A stretch of 62,971 nucleotides of DNA, filler included, from Reclinomonas americana ATCC 50394 (GCA_048213135.1; 6 parts of 4 records of this genome joined end to end with filler, not necessarily neighbours in it), one strand, 5' to 3'; counted from the first letter of the whole stretch, positions 24,101-36,391 are shown. Translations and numbers: made by a program. The notes: generated by a model not told the origin, from the sequence alone.

Positions 24101-24676
24101 GCCCATCTTGTTGACCATGGGAATGAGGTCGGGAAAGCGAGTGGCGAGGAGTCGCACAATGGCTTCGTGGCCTTCCATGGCAGCATAATGCAGTGCAGTG
24201 GACTGCGGGCCATGGGCAAGGTCATTGGAGACCGCCCGCACCATCTCCGGCGGACATCGTCGCTCATCGGCAAGCAACCACTCCACCACTTGCAGTTGCC
24301 CATTGTTGGCAGCAGTCAGCAGTGGCGTAAAGCCAATGTCGTCGACCATGTGTGCGAGTTGTGGCCCTACGCCACTCTCCGCCCACAAATACTCCAACAC
24401 AGAGAGATGGCCTCCAAGAGCGGCACAGTCGAAAACAGAGCAGCCATCCTCATCCATCTCCTCTCTCTTCAGCAGAGTGCGTACGCCCTCACGCGCCACC
24501 AATTTGCGCAGTGCCTTCACATCGCCTTCCTCTGCCATCTCCCATGCCTTCTTCCGTCGGGAGCGAGGAACACTGTGAGCAACGCAAACACATGACGAAT
24601 GACAATCACGACGAATGTGAGCATGCATTCTGACAATAAACCATCCTGAAATAGACACTCTTGCAACACGCCTCAT
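21129..24676 (-). CDS. Ankyrin / coiled-coil / Pelle-IRAK-like kinase, copy 2, with two tandem ankyrin blocks
   Basis: Exons 24676-24672 (GC donor), 24572-23992, 23911-23904 (8 nt), 23827-23796, 23713-23112 and 23012-22999 join in frame, followed by coiled-coil and kinase exons colinear with copy 1; ends ...GQFTLELW*. Confidence 0.85.
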
Positions 24677-25200
24677 GTTCTCGATTCCAACACAATAACG
24701 GCAATGGCTCGCACAACCAACTTTATCGCTGCCGATCTAGCAGCACACTCAGCACCTCCTCTTCCCAGCGCTTGCGGTTTGCGTATGAATTGGTTGTGGA
24801 TGGAGTTTTTCCACGTGTCCTGGACGCGTAAATGCGACTAATGGACGACGTCGTCATTTTGTGACGTCGGATGCTTGCAAAGCCCCCAAACTGAAGCATC
24901 GATTCACTTGGTGACGCAAGACGCACCACGTCCACCCAGGAGAACACCAACTGTCAAAGAGTGTGCCAGCAAAGTTGGTTAGCACGTGCACATGATCCAG
25001 CTCCGAAACTCGCAGCGCGCCTGTTGCAGGTGCGCCACTTCCACGTATCAGGCACGCATGCTCATCACGGCCATCACGCGCCATGCCAACGCATCAACAC
25101 TCGATGTCGGACTGTGCACTCTGATCGCGCAGTTGAATCATTCAAACGCTGAACACCCAGCAGCAAGACTGCCATTGTCATCACTCACCACAGTTTCATC

Positions 25201-27209
25201 TCAGAGTTCCATCGTAAACTGTCCACAAGCCTCACGCAGAGCACGCATCCCATCGAGCACCTCCTGCGAGGTTGGTCGATCGCGTCGCACACTCATGCAT
25301 CGCATGCCGAGCTCAAACATCGGTTCGGCGATGCGCGGCGTCCACTCAGCTCCACGATCGACCAGCTCATGGGACGCAACGAGGCTGGCGAGTCGTCCCA
25401 TTCCACAGACCAATCCACCACAGTGGCCACCGGCTTGGCAGTGACCAGCTGCACCAGCACCACACCCACGCTATACACGTCGTGCTTGGGGTGTGGACGA
25501 CGCACGCGCATCGCCAGTGGGTCCATGTAGTCCAGTGTGCCGGCGGCGGTCGTGGTCTGCGAGATGCGAGAGGGTAAGAGAGAGGAAGGGAGAAGGAGAA
25601 GTGAAACCACAAACCTTGCCATCAGCAATCGACCGAGCAATGCCAAAGTCACCGAGACAAGGCTCGAATCGGTGATCGAGAAGCACGTTGGAGGGCTTGA
25701 TGTCGCGGTGCACCACCTCATTCTGCGAGCGGAGGTAAGTGAGGCGAGGCACGGCGCATGAAACCACAACTGGAGAACGCATAATGCTTGCAGTGACAAA
25801 ACAGCAAAAACAAGGAGAGAAGAGAGATTACGGGCAACAGAAGAGAGCAAAAGTGAGCAAGAGGGAGAATGAGCGAGAGAGAAGAGTGCGCGCGGAGGTG
25901 GAGTACACGAGAGACAGAGAAAAGTAACACAAAAAGAGTGACAAAGAGAGAAGTAAGATAGAGTGCACCCACAAAGAGCAAGAAAAAGGAGTGAGGAAGG
26001 ACAACACGAGAATCTAGGAGATGCAAGATGAACAGCAGAGTGAAAAAGGACAGAAGAGCGAAGAACGCGAAGGCATCGTGCACCTGCGACTGACTCAGAG
26101 GGATAATTTGACATGCACAAAGTCAGCCACATTGCACAAACCTTGTGCAAGAACACCACGGCCTCGGCCACTCCGAGACCAATCTGCACGCGCTGTTTGA
26201 CAGAGAGTGGTGCATGACCGGCACGCGGAAGTAGCAATAGATCCTCCAGGTTGGGAACTCTGTGTGGTTGCACAGTGAGAAGATGATGGAGGTAAGGGAG
26301 AAGGAGAGAAATGGACACGCACTGCAGGGCCTTGTACACGAGACAGCGTGTCTTCTCGACACCCACCGAATAACCGACAAGAGGCACAATGCGACGGTCG
26401 CGCAGGCGTCCGAGGGTGGCCACCTGCGAGGATGATAGGAATGACGAGGAGATTGGGAAGAAACAGGAGAGGGAGAGAGACACAGACCTCACTCTCAAAC
26501 GACTCCATTGTCCACGGTGCCTCGGGATCGAGCACCTTGATGGCCACGTGCATCTCGCGAAGCAGAGTGATGAAGACGGCACCCTGGCCACCTTCGCCGA
26601 CCTTGAGGCGTGGGGAGAAGGTATCGGTGGCTTGTACGATCTCGGGCCACTCGAAGCGCTGCACAGCAGTGTCGACTGCGGAGGTGTGTGATGGAAGAGT
26701 GAGACATTGATAAAAACGAAGGACAAAAAGCACCGAAAGGTAGAGACGGCAAGACATATACCTTGAATAAGGAGGAGGTCCTGTCGCAGCTGGGAGACGA
26801 GTTGATTGCTTCCTTGCAGCTGCGTGGTGAGATCGTCTTTCTCAAGCAGAGCTGCAGTCAGTTGAGAGGCAATTTGATCCCGCTCCGCTCGGAGTTGGGC
26901 ATTCCTCTGCTGTTCCTCGGCCACGCTGTGCTGCAGCTCCGCATTGGCTTGCTGACATTCGGTGACTGTCCACTGCAGTCGCGCGATCTCCTGCTGCCGG
27001 TCACCGTGAGCTTGCTGCAACTCAGCATTGGCTTGCTGCACATGGGCGACAATGGCCTCGTTCTCCCGTCGCTGTCGATCCCACGCTCGCTGCTGCTCCT
27101 CTCGCTCAAGCTGCGCTGCCGCAAGATCGCGCTGGAGTTGGGCGACGAGAGCATCCTTCTCGCCGAGCTGGCGTGCCCATGCGGCGAGATCATCACCAAC
27201 AGCCTGCAA
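25201..27209 (-). pseudogene. Ankyrin-kinase family copy 3 (coiled coil + kinase visible; 5' part lost at scaffold end) with 1-nt frameshift in last exon
   Basis: Exon structure is colinear with copies 1 and 2. CCC ATG AGC here versus CCC ATG GAG in both paralogues (~25368) shifts the frame. This could be a sequencing error rather than true pseudogenisation. Confidence 0.6.
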
Positions 27210-27229
27210 CTGAAGCCAGCGTGCTATTA

Positions 27230-27329
27230 NNNNNNNNNNNNNNNNNNNNNNNNNNNNNNNNNNNNNNNNNNNNTTAATTAATTAANNNNNNNNNNNNNNN
27301 NNNNNNNNNNNNNNNNNNNNNNNNNNNNN
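27230..27329. other. Artificial scaffold-joining spacer
   Basis: N44-TTAATTAATTAA-N44. Confidence 0.97.
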
Positions 27330-27605
27330 CACACACACACACACACACACACCAGAGAGAGAGAACGGGGAAGGGTTGGCTTCTGTGAGAGAGGGAGTGT
27401 GGGGGAGAAGGTTGTCGAGTTATTCATGTGCATGCTGCTTCCTCTCGTTCTCTGTATTCAAGTGTTTGGGGAGGAGGGAGACAGACACACAGACAGACAG
27501 ACTGACACACTCACGAGGAAAGTGAGTGAGAGAGATGAGCAGTTATTCTGCTTCTTCTCAGTTCTCTTCATGTTGTCGTTTGGAGGGGAGTCGCACACGC
27601 ACACT

Positions 27606-27639
<34 letters not shown>

Positions 27640-28172
27640 ACGGGAAAGGGTTAGTTGCTGGGGGAGAGAGAGTGTTGGGGAGAAGGTTGAGGAGTTCTAC
27701 ACGTGCATGCTTGTTCCTCTTAAGAGGATCAGGAGCCCTGTTTTCTCCCCACTCCAAGCTTCCTTCTTCCTCACTCTCTGTCTATCCTCGAAGCCATTGC
27801 TCACGATTCATTCTGATCTCTTCCTCGCGTTCTTCTCACTGATTGTTCTGCTTTTGCTCACTCAGCGAACAAGAGCGTTGCTCGCATCTTCTCTCTCTCC
27901 CCGCTATCGTTGCCCAGCTCTTCTCCTCCCTTGACCCCTCATTCTATCCGCAGCCTGTCGCTTGTGCCTCTATCCGCTCGACGTTATGTTATCTGTGTTC
28001 TTCCTCTTCACGTTCTGCATTCTGCAGCTCCGTACACTCTGCATTTCTTAAGTCGCGTTCTTCACGTTTCTCCACCATTGCCCTTTACTTTCTCTGTCTC
28101 TCGTCCCTTCTTCTTCTTTTTCTCCCTTTCCCTCTTTCCCCCCTTTTTCACCTGCCTTCCCACATTTCGCAG

Positions 28173-31100
28173 ACCCGAAGAATTCCTCAAGCGACACGTC
28201 GCCCGCACCAACGACACCGTCACCCGCTCGCTGGCCACCGCCGCCTCCCCTAGCGCCGCCAGTGTCACGGATTCCGGAGCAGTTTCGTCTCACACTTCCT
28301 TTCCTCCCTCCTCCCCCCTCCCTTCCCTCACTTCCCCCTCCCCCGCCAGCCCTTCTCCGAAATCCACGTCTCGGGCAACGAAAACTTCGACGTCTCGCAC
28401 GTACCCCCCGACATCCGCGACCAAGTCCTGCAAGAGTTCCAAGTGCGCATGCAGGAGAAGCACACGTTGCAGGCGCAAGTGGAGACCCTGCGCAAGAACC
28501 GCACCCAGGCCGAGCAACAGGAGGAACGCCAGCGACAGGCACTGCCGACGTATGTGCGCTCGGAGGAGGAACGGCACGAGAATGCGCTGCGGCGGTGGGA
28601 AAAGGCTCAGCGCGAGTGGCAACGGCAGCAGGCGGAGCTGGCCAAGATGACCGGGCGGGATGAGTCGGAGATCAACATGGTCACCACGGATGCGTATCGT
28701 GAGCGCATGGAGTCGATGGATATATTAGATGTGCGTGGAAGGGGGGAAAGGGGAAAGAGGGGGAAAGATGGGAAAGGGAAAAGAATGTGAGGGAGAGGGA
28801 TATGTGGGGAAAAGTGGCTTCTCTGTCAGCTTATGTTGTCAGTCTCTCGCGATTTCCTGCTTTTATCGTTGTCTCCCTGTGTGTCTCTCTTCTTGACTCT
28901 GGGATGTGGAGGGAGAGAAATGAGAGGGGAAGGATGGCTACTCTGTCAGCTTGTCTCTAAATTAGTCTGTCGCCTTCTCCTGCTTTTCTCGTTGTCTCCC
29001 TGTGTGTCTCTCTTGAGAGAAATGTGAGGGTGAGGATGGCTACTCTGTCAGCTTGTCTCTTGAGCGCCTTTCTCCGTCAGTCTCTCGCGTTGTCCTGCTT
29101 TTCTCGTTGTCTTTCTGTGTCTCTCTCTTCTTGACTCTGAGATGTGGAGGGAGAGAAATGTGAGGGGGAGGATGGCTACTCTCTCAGCTTGTCTCGTGAG
29201 CGCCTCTCTGTCAGTCTCTCGCCTTCTCCTGCTTTTCTCGTTGTCTCCCTGTGTGTGTCTCTTCTTGACTCCGGGATGTGGAGGGAGAGGAATGCGAGGG
29301 TAAGAGTGGCTACTCTCTCAGCCTGTCTCTGGAGTGCTTCTCTTTGTCAGTCTCTCGCGTTGTACTGCTTTTATGTGTGTCTCTCTTCTTGAGACTGACT
29401 CAACCCTCAACTCTTGTTCCTCAACCCTCCGTTTTTCAACCCTCAACCCTTATCTGTCAACCCTTCATTTTCAACCATCGACCCTTCTCTTTCAACCCTC
29501 ATCTCTTAACCCTCGACCCTCAACCCTTGTCTCTCAACCCTCCATATTCAACCCTCAACCCCTGTCCTTCAACCCTTGCCTACAACCCTTCATTTTCAAC
29601 CCTCAATCCTTCCCTTTCAACCCTTGTCCTCCAACCCTTCATTTTTCAACCCTCAACCCTTGTCTTTCAACCCTTGCCCCTCAGCCCTACATTTTTCAAC
29701 CCTCAACCCTTCCCTTTCAACCCTTGTCCTTCAACCCTCCGTTTTTCAACCTTCAACCCTTATCTGTCAACCCTTCATTTTTCAACCCTCAACCCTTCCC
29801 TTTCAACCCTCAACTCTCAACCGTCGACCCTCAACCCTTGTCTATCAACCGCTGTCCTTCAACCCTTGCCTACAACCCTTCATTTTTCAACCCTCAACCC
29901 TTCCCTTTCAACCCTCAACTCTCAACCGTCGACCCTCAACCCTTGTCTATCAACCGCTGTCCTTCAACCCTTGCCTACAACCCTTCATTTTCCAACCCTC
30001 GACCCTTGTCCTTCAACCCTTGTTCCTCAACCCTCCATTTTTCAACCCTCAACTCTTGTTCCTCAACCCTCCGTTTTTCAACCCTCAACCCTTATCTGTC
30101 AGCCCTTCATTTTCAACCCTCAACCCTTGTCATTCAACCCTTGTCTCTCAACCTTTCTCTATCAACCCTTCCCCTCGCTAACCCTCCTTTCCCCACCCTT
30201 CCCCCCCTACCCCTCCACAGAAAGCGGTCCCCCCACACATCCGCTACGGCTGGTCCCGCTGGGAAATGAGCCTGCGCGAGCGCGCCGAGGGCAGCGGAGC
30301 CCCGGTCCGCTACGTGCAAATCGGCGGTGCCTTCCCGTACCCACTGTTCGCCACCATCAAGGACCGACCGACGGTGCCGTTCCAGACGGTGCGCAAGCCG
30401 GGTTCGCGTGGCGCACAGCAGGGACGCCCAGCGGCGGACGAGGGGCAAGGCGCAGCGGCAGCGGCTGGCAGTGGTGGCGAGGGCAGCGTTGCGTCGCCGC
30501 AGCACAAGCGGGAAAAGTCGCTGCTGGAGAGCGAGGTGTTTAAGCGCGAGCACAGCAAGTGGCGCAAGTTTACGGCGCTCATCAAGCCGCATGAGCCGGC
30601 GACGGATGGGTTGGAGGTGAGTGTAGGAGGGGAAGGGGGAAAGGGGGAAAGGAGAAGGAGGATAAAGGGAAAGGTGGAGGGATGAGAAAAGGTAAGTTGA
30701 AGGTGAAGAGAATGGGATGGAGAATGAGGAGTGAGCAATGGAGGGAAGAGACTCGAGGAGAGCGCTCTAGAGATAAAGGATACTTGTCAGAAAAGGAATC
30801 ATGGGTTGCGTAACAATGGGCACGAATGAGCTGGAAGTCAGCACACAGAAAGAACGTGGCAGATGGAAGAATATGAGCGACGATGAATAAGTCAGACACT
30901 CAGTAATTTCAGTTATTTGACAGAATATGGAGATGGGGAGAGAGTGAATCAGGACCGCAGAATGAGATGGGAGTTTGAAGGGCCTCACCTCTGCATTTGA
31001 GCGGAGATGGGGCTCGAGAATGATGGGAGTCAGGAGGATAGGGACGAGCTGATATCCTCCCTTTGCATTTTCATCCTCTTCTGCTTCTCCTCACTCCCCT

Positions 31101-32236
31101 TCTCTCCGTAGGTCGTCGGCAAGGGCATCTTTGACGTGGAACAACTTGAGGCCGCGGCCAACGAGGCGGTTACGATTGACACGCTTCTCAGACGTCCCTC
31201 TGGTCGTCGTGGCAGCATGCCAGGCTCAACGTACCAGTTGCGCGCTGAGTGAGGACTGGCTGTTGCATTTGCATATTGCTTACTTGCTTTACAGGGAGGA
31301 GAGTGACAGCTTCCCCGACGGCGACGACGCTGTGTTTGCAGAGAATGGGTATGTCTCTATTGATGTGGAGTCTCTTCGTCGTCCATTGTAATTGTCTCCA
31401 CTCTCTCTGCTTTCTCACTTTTGTCTTCTGCCCCGCATATTTCTCCCCTTTTCTGTTCCGGCATCTCGTTCCCTTTCTATTACGCTCTCCTCTCATTTCT
31501 TTCTATCTTTCTGTTTCACTCTCCTCATTTCTTTCTCTCTTTCAGTTTCACTCTCCTCAAATTTCTTTCTCTCTTATTATTCTCTCTCCCCTCCCATTTC
31601 TCTCTGTCTTTGCTGTTCTCTCTTCCCTCCCAGTCTTTCTCACTTCAGATTCGCTCTCTTCTCATTTCTTTCTCTCTCTATTTCACTCGCCTCATTTCTT
31701 TCGCTCTTTCAGTTTCACTCCCGTCCCATTCTTTCTCTCTTTCTGTTTCTCTCTCCCCTCCCATTCTTTCTCTGTCTGTTTCACTCTCCTGTCATCATTC
31801 TCTCGTTCTATTTCACTCTCCCTTCTCAATTCTATTTTCCTATTCTCCATTCTTCTTCTGTTACGCCCTCTTCCTTTTTTGCCTCTCCACCTTCTTCATC
31901 GACATTTTCGTCGTTTTCTGTTCTTCGTTTTCCCCCTTCGTTCACACGCACTCACTTTTTCTTCTCCTCTTTTGTGATGCTGTGTTCCGTCCTGTTTTGT
32001 TCGTGTGTTGTATTCTCTCTCTCTCTCTTCCTCTGTTCCTCGTTGTCTTCTTCAGTCTCTCTCTCTCTCTCTCTCTCTCGCTGTATCTGTACCTCTGTTC
32101 CTCAGTTTGTCCTCTTGTTTTTCTCCTGTCTCTTACTTTCGTCTTCCACTGCTCTCTCTCTCTCTCTCACTCACCACTCTCTCTCTCTCTCATTCTTTCT
32201 CTCTCACTCTCTCTCTCTCTCTCTCACACACTCTCT

Positions 32237-32268
<32 letters not shown>

Positions 32269-34379
32269 TTCATTCCTGTTTTCCAGTTCTCTTCTCTCTT
32301 TACCCCTTCTCTTCTTTCCCTTTCCCTTCCCTCCCCTTCCCCTTTCCCCCTTCCCCCCTTCCCCCTTCCCATTTCTCACCCCTCCCCCCTTCTCCTTCTC
32401 CTCTTTAGTGAATCCGGCGGCGCCTCCACCTGGCCCGCCGAAACCGCCGAGGAAGACCGCGCCCTCTCCGACGGCGTTCACGTGGAGCTCTCGGTCGACC
32501 ACCTCACCCTCTACACCGATGTGGCGTCGGTGTCGCGCGAGCGTGACGGTCACGGCCACGTCGACACACAGTCGCTGCACATTCACAATCGCGGTACGTC
32601 GGCCGTGATTGTCGAGTGGGTGCGCCAAGTCAGCGATCCGGGCCTGCTGCCGCTGCCGGAGAACAACAACGACGCCGACAAGTGCTTCTTTTCGCATTTT
32701 GCGAGGAAGACGACGCTGGCGCCGGGGCAGGTCGTCGAGTGCTCGTTTTCGTTTGAGTCGGACAAGGCGGGAGTTGCGTTCCCTTGACGGGGAGAGGGAG
32801 AGCGAGAGGGGGTAAAGTCTCACTTCTTATGACGCAGGTGTTTACCGCGGACTACCTCGTGCACACCACTCCGGTTGCCATTGGCTCACCGTACCATGTG
32901 CGCCTCCGCGGCGTGTGTGTGGACCGGAGGGCACGAACGGCCAAGCCAGTGGGCGAACCGTCGTGTGTGCCGATCACGGCGCCGAGGAAACCGGGTGAGT
33001 GCGGATGCAAGCGCTGTTTAGATTGTTGCATTTCTCACTCATTGCCTGTCTCTGCTTGTGTTTTGTGTTGCCTATTTCCTGCCTGTACGGTGTGGTGCCT
33101 GCTGGTTTCTCTCACTTCCTCTTTTTGCTTTGCACTTTTTCTTCTTTTTCCTCTTCTTCTCTCTCTTTCTCTCTTTGTATCTCTCTCTGTCATTTTCCTT
33201 TCTGTTCTTCTACGTGTACCCATCGTCAATCTTCGTTATCCTCTCCACTGTTTGTCTCTTTCTCTTCCGTGTCCTCACCATGTGCTGCGTTCGTTGTCAC
33301 GACATTGTTCTCTCTCTCTCTCTGCTTCCTCTCACTTTGCTCTCTTTCCCATTCCTTCTCTCTACTCTTTTATCCCTCTTCCCTTGTTCGTTTATTCTCC
33401 ATTTTTTCTTCTCTCCCTCTTTGTTCACCGTTGCATTCTTCCTACCTCTCTCCTTTGCATTCTCTTTCGTCTTCTTCTGTTTTTTGTCTAAATCATTTCC
33501 TCTTCCCTCATCTTCTCCTTCCCCTTCTCCATCTCCTTCCCTTTCCTGCTCCTTGCCACTTCTCTTCCTCTCCAATCTTCCCCTTTTCCGCCCCCTTCTC
33601 CTTCCCCTTTCTCCATCCTCCTTCCCTTCCCCTCCACCCTCCTTCTCCTTCTCTCCTTTCCCCCTCCCCAGGCGACCCCCCGGACCGCCCACCCGTCAGC
33701 CCCGCCCGCGGCCGCCGCGGCTCCGGCGTCTCCTTCGACTCGCCAAAATCGGCCTCCTCACCCTCATCCTCGTCCGCCTCCAAGCCGGCGCGCGCCCAGC
33801 CCGAGTTCGCTGTCGAGCTGACGGCCGAGGACCTCGCCAAGGTGATGATGGAGATTCCGGGTCAGGGCATTGTGGTCAGCGCGCGCGATTTGGATCGCAT
33901 GGTGGAGCGGAAGCGCGCCGAGGCCGCCAAGTCGCGGGACGCGTCACCGCGGAGCAAGTTGGCGGCGGGTCCGCCGGGTGTGCCGGCGGGGAGGTTGCCA
34001 GCGCCGGCGCACAACAACGAGGCGCTGTACAAGTTTTCCAATGTGGGGATGCCAGTTGCGTGAGCAGGGAAAGGGATAAGGGGAGAGAAGGAGGAAGGAG
34101 GGGGAGGGGGAAAGGGGAAGGGGGGAAGAGAAGAGAAAGGAGAAGGCTCTGTGTGTTTTCTTTTCTTTNNNNNNNNNNNNNNNNNNNNNNNNNNNNNNNN
34201 NNNNNNNNNNNNNNNNNNNNNNNNNNNNNNNNNNNNNNNNNNNNNNNNNNNNNNNNNNNNNNNNNNNNNNNNNNNNNNNNNNNNNNNNNNNNNNNNNNNN
34301 NNNNNNNNNNNNNNNNNNNNNNNNNNNNNNNNNNNNNNNNATGTTGTCTCTCTCTCTCTCTTCTCTTCCTTTCTTCTCT

Positions 34380-34411
<32 letters not shown>

Positions 34412-35892
34412 TTCTCTCTCTCTCTCTCTCTGCGTTTGTCTCTCTTTTTATCTGACTCTCTCTCATTGCTGCCGAACTCTTGTTTCTTCGTTGCTTCATC
34501 TGTCTCGCGCTTTCACTCTTTCTCTCTCTCACACACACACACACACTTTCACTCGCTGCATCTTTCGGCTCCTGTCTGTATGTGTGTTTGTCTCTTCCTT
34601 CATTTTCTTTCTCCCTTGCGCGCCTGCTCACTGCGTGTCTGTCTTGAGGTGTATTTGTCTCGTCAGGTTCTTTGTGTCTTGCGCTCTCACTCTCAACATT
34701 GGTGTCTATCTGCTGTCGACCCAACTTTCTCTCTCTTTCTCTCTTGCTCTCTCGCTCTCTCTCTCTCTCTCTCTTTCTCTTGTCTCTGCGTTTGTCTCTC
34801 TTTTGTGTTTGACTCTCTCATTGCTGCCGATCTTGTTTCTCCGTTTCCTCTTCTGTCTCGCGCTTTCACTCTATCTCTCTCTGCGTTTGTCTCTTTTGTG
34901 TGTGACTCTCTTTCTGTGCCATATCTTGTTTCATTTTCCCTGTTTTCCTCGTGCATTCACTCGCTGCATCTTTCAGTCTCTCTCTGTCTGTGTGTTTGTC
35001 TCTGCTTCCTTTCTCCCTTACTCGCGCGCTCTCTCTCTCACACACGCTTTCGTTCTCTGCGTCTTCAGTCTCTCTCCTTCTCTTTTCTGTCTTGCGCTCC
35101 CACTCTAAACATCGGTGTATATCTGCAGTCGACCCAACTGTTTTTCTATCCTCGCACTCACTCTCTCACACTCACACTCGTACCCACTGCGTCTGTCTCT
35201 ACTTCCTATTATTTTCTTTTGTCTCGCGCTCTCACTCTGTCTCTACTTCTGTCGGCTGCCGCTTTCCTCTCCCTTTCTCTTGATCTCTCTTGCATTTCTT
35301 GCTCTCCCGTGTATGCGTCGCACAAGCAATGGCTTCTCGTGACTCTTGCGTATCGAGTGTGGAAGAATGTATTTGGGCAAGCGATGTTGCATGTGTTTAC
35401 CTTTCCTCTCCAAATGTGTGTGGAAAACGAGCTGCGTTCATCATCTCTTATGTTCGTTATCTCTGTTTCTCTCCCTTCTTTCCATTCATTCATTCGTTTT
35501 CTTCCCTTCTTGTTCTTTCGCTCTCTCTCTCTCTCTCTGTCACACACACCTTCTCTTCTCTCTCACCGTCTCTTCTCTCCTTTCTTTCTCTTCACCTCCG
35601 CCTTCTCTTTGTTTCTATCCCTTTCCCATTCTCATCCTCTCCCCCCATCGCGCAGTTCCACTTCAACCCGGACCTCCTCGACGAGGTGTGCGAGCTGATG
35701 AAGGAGGCCAGCATGTCGGACCGCATCGATCCGCGCCTGCCGTGGGACGGCTCGCTGCAGTCGCTACGTGAGGCGGTGGAGCGGTCGGAGCCGCCACAAG
35801 TGCGCGAGGGATTCGTGCAGCGGTTCTCGGTGTTGAGCACGGCGGCAGAGTGGCCGAGGATGTCGGAGTTGGCCAAGGAGGTGGAGCAGCAG
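28173..35892 (+). CDS. MYCBPAP: MYCBP-associated protein (ciliary central-apparatus protein), partial at both ends
   Basis: Spliced peptides ENALRRWEKAQREWQRQ...EINMVTTDAYRERMESMDILD|KAVP...WEMSLR, LIKPHEPATDGLEV|VGK and SLHIHNRGTSAVIVEW...TLAPGQ...FSFESDKAG|VFTADYLVHTTP match MYCBPAP-family motifs, including the Ig-like ASH-type domain. Confidence 0.8.
28785..29395. repeat. Intronic ~120-bp tandem repeat
   Basis: GATGTGGAGGGAGAGAAATG...GGATGGCTACTCTGTCAGCTTGTCTC...TCTCTTCTTGACTCT recurs about five times. Confidence 0.85.
29400..30185 (-). repeat. Telomere-like (CCCTCAA)n minisatellite in MYCBPAP intron; same family as 8994-9438 in opposite orientation
   Basis: TCAACCCTCAACCCTTGTC / TTTTCAACCCTCAACCC arrays with higher-order duplications. 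Confidence 0.88.
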
Positions 35893-36105
35893 GTGCGCGA
35901 ATGGGGAAGACTATGGGGGAGGGGGAGAGGGGGAAGGGGATAGAAGGGGGAAGGGGAGAGGGGGAAGGGATGAGGGAGAAGGGGAGAGAANNNNNNNNNN
36001 NNNNNNNNNNNNNNNNNNNNNNNNNNNNNNNNNNNNNNNNNNNNNNNNNNNNNNNNNNNNNNNNNNNAAAGGGGAGACCAGATTACAATGGGAAGTGACA
36101 GGGAG

Positions 36106-36146
<41 letters not shown>

Positions 36147-36291
36147 AAGGGAAGAGAGAGATAGATGATAGAGAGTGTAAGAGGGAGAGCGGGGAGAGAA
36201 TTGAAGAGGGTAATGAAAAAAGAGACCAGAAATAAAGGGAAGTGACAGGGAGAAAAGAGAGAGCACGCTGTTATACGTTGCTCTTGCAGTC

Positions 36292-36391
36292 NNNNNNNNN
36301 NNNNNNNNNNNNNNNNNNNNNNNNNNNNNNNNNNNTTAATTAATTAANNNNNNNNNNNNNNNNNNNNNNNNNNNNNNNNNNNNNNNNNNNN
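36292..36391. other. Artificial scaffold-joining spacer
   Basis: N44-TTAATTAATTAA-N44. Confidence 0.97.

Noticed and set aside
29278..30269. ORFs of STLNP/QPST repeats suggesting a repeat protein
   Set aside because: Artefact of the (CCCTCAA)n array within a MYCBPAP intron
31249..35698. Hydrophobic F/L/S-rich ORFs resembling membrane proteins
   Set aside because: CT-rich intronic sequence lacking stops by composition
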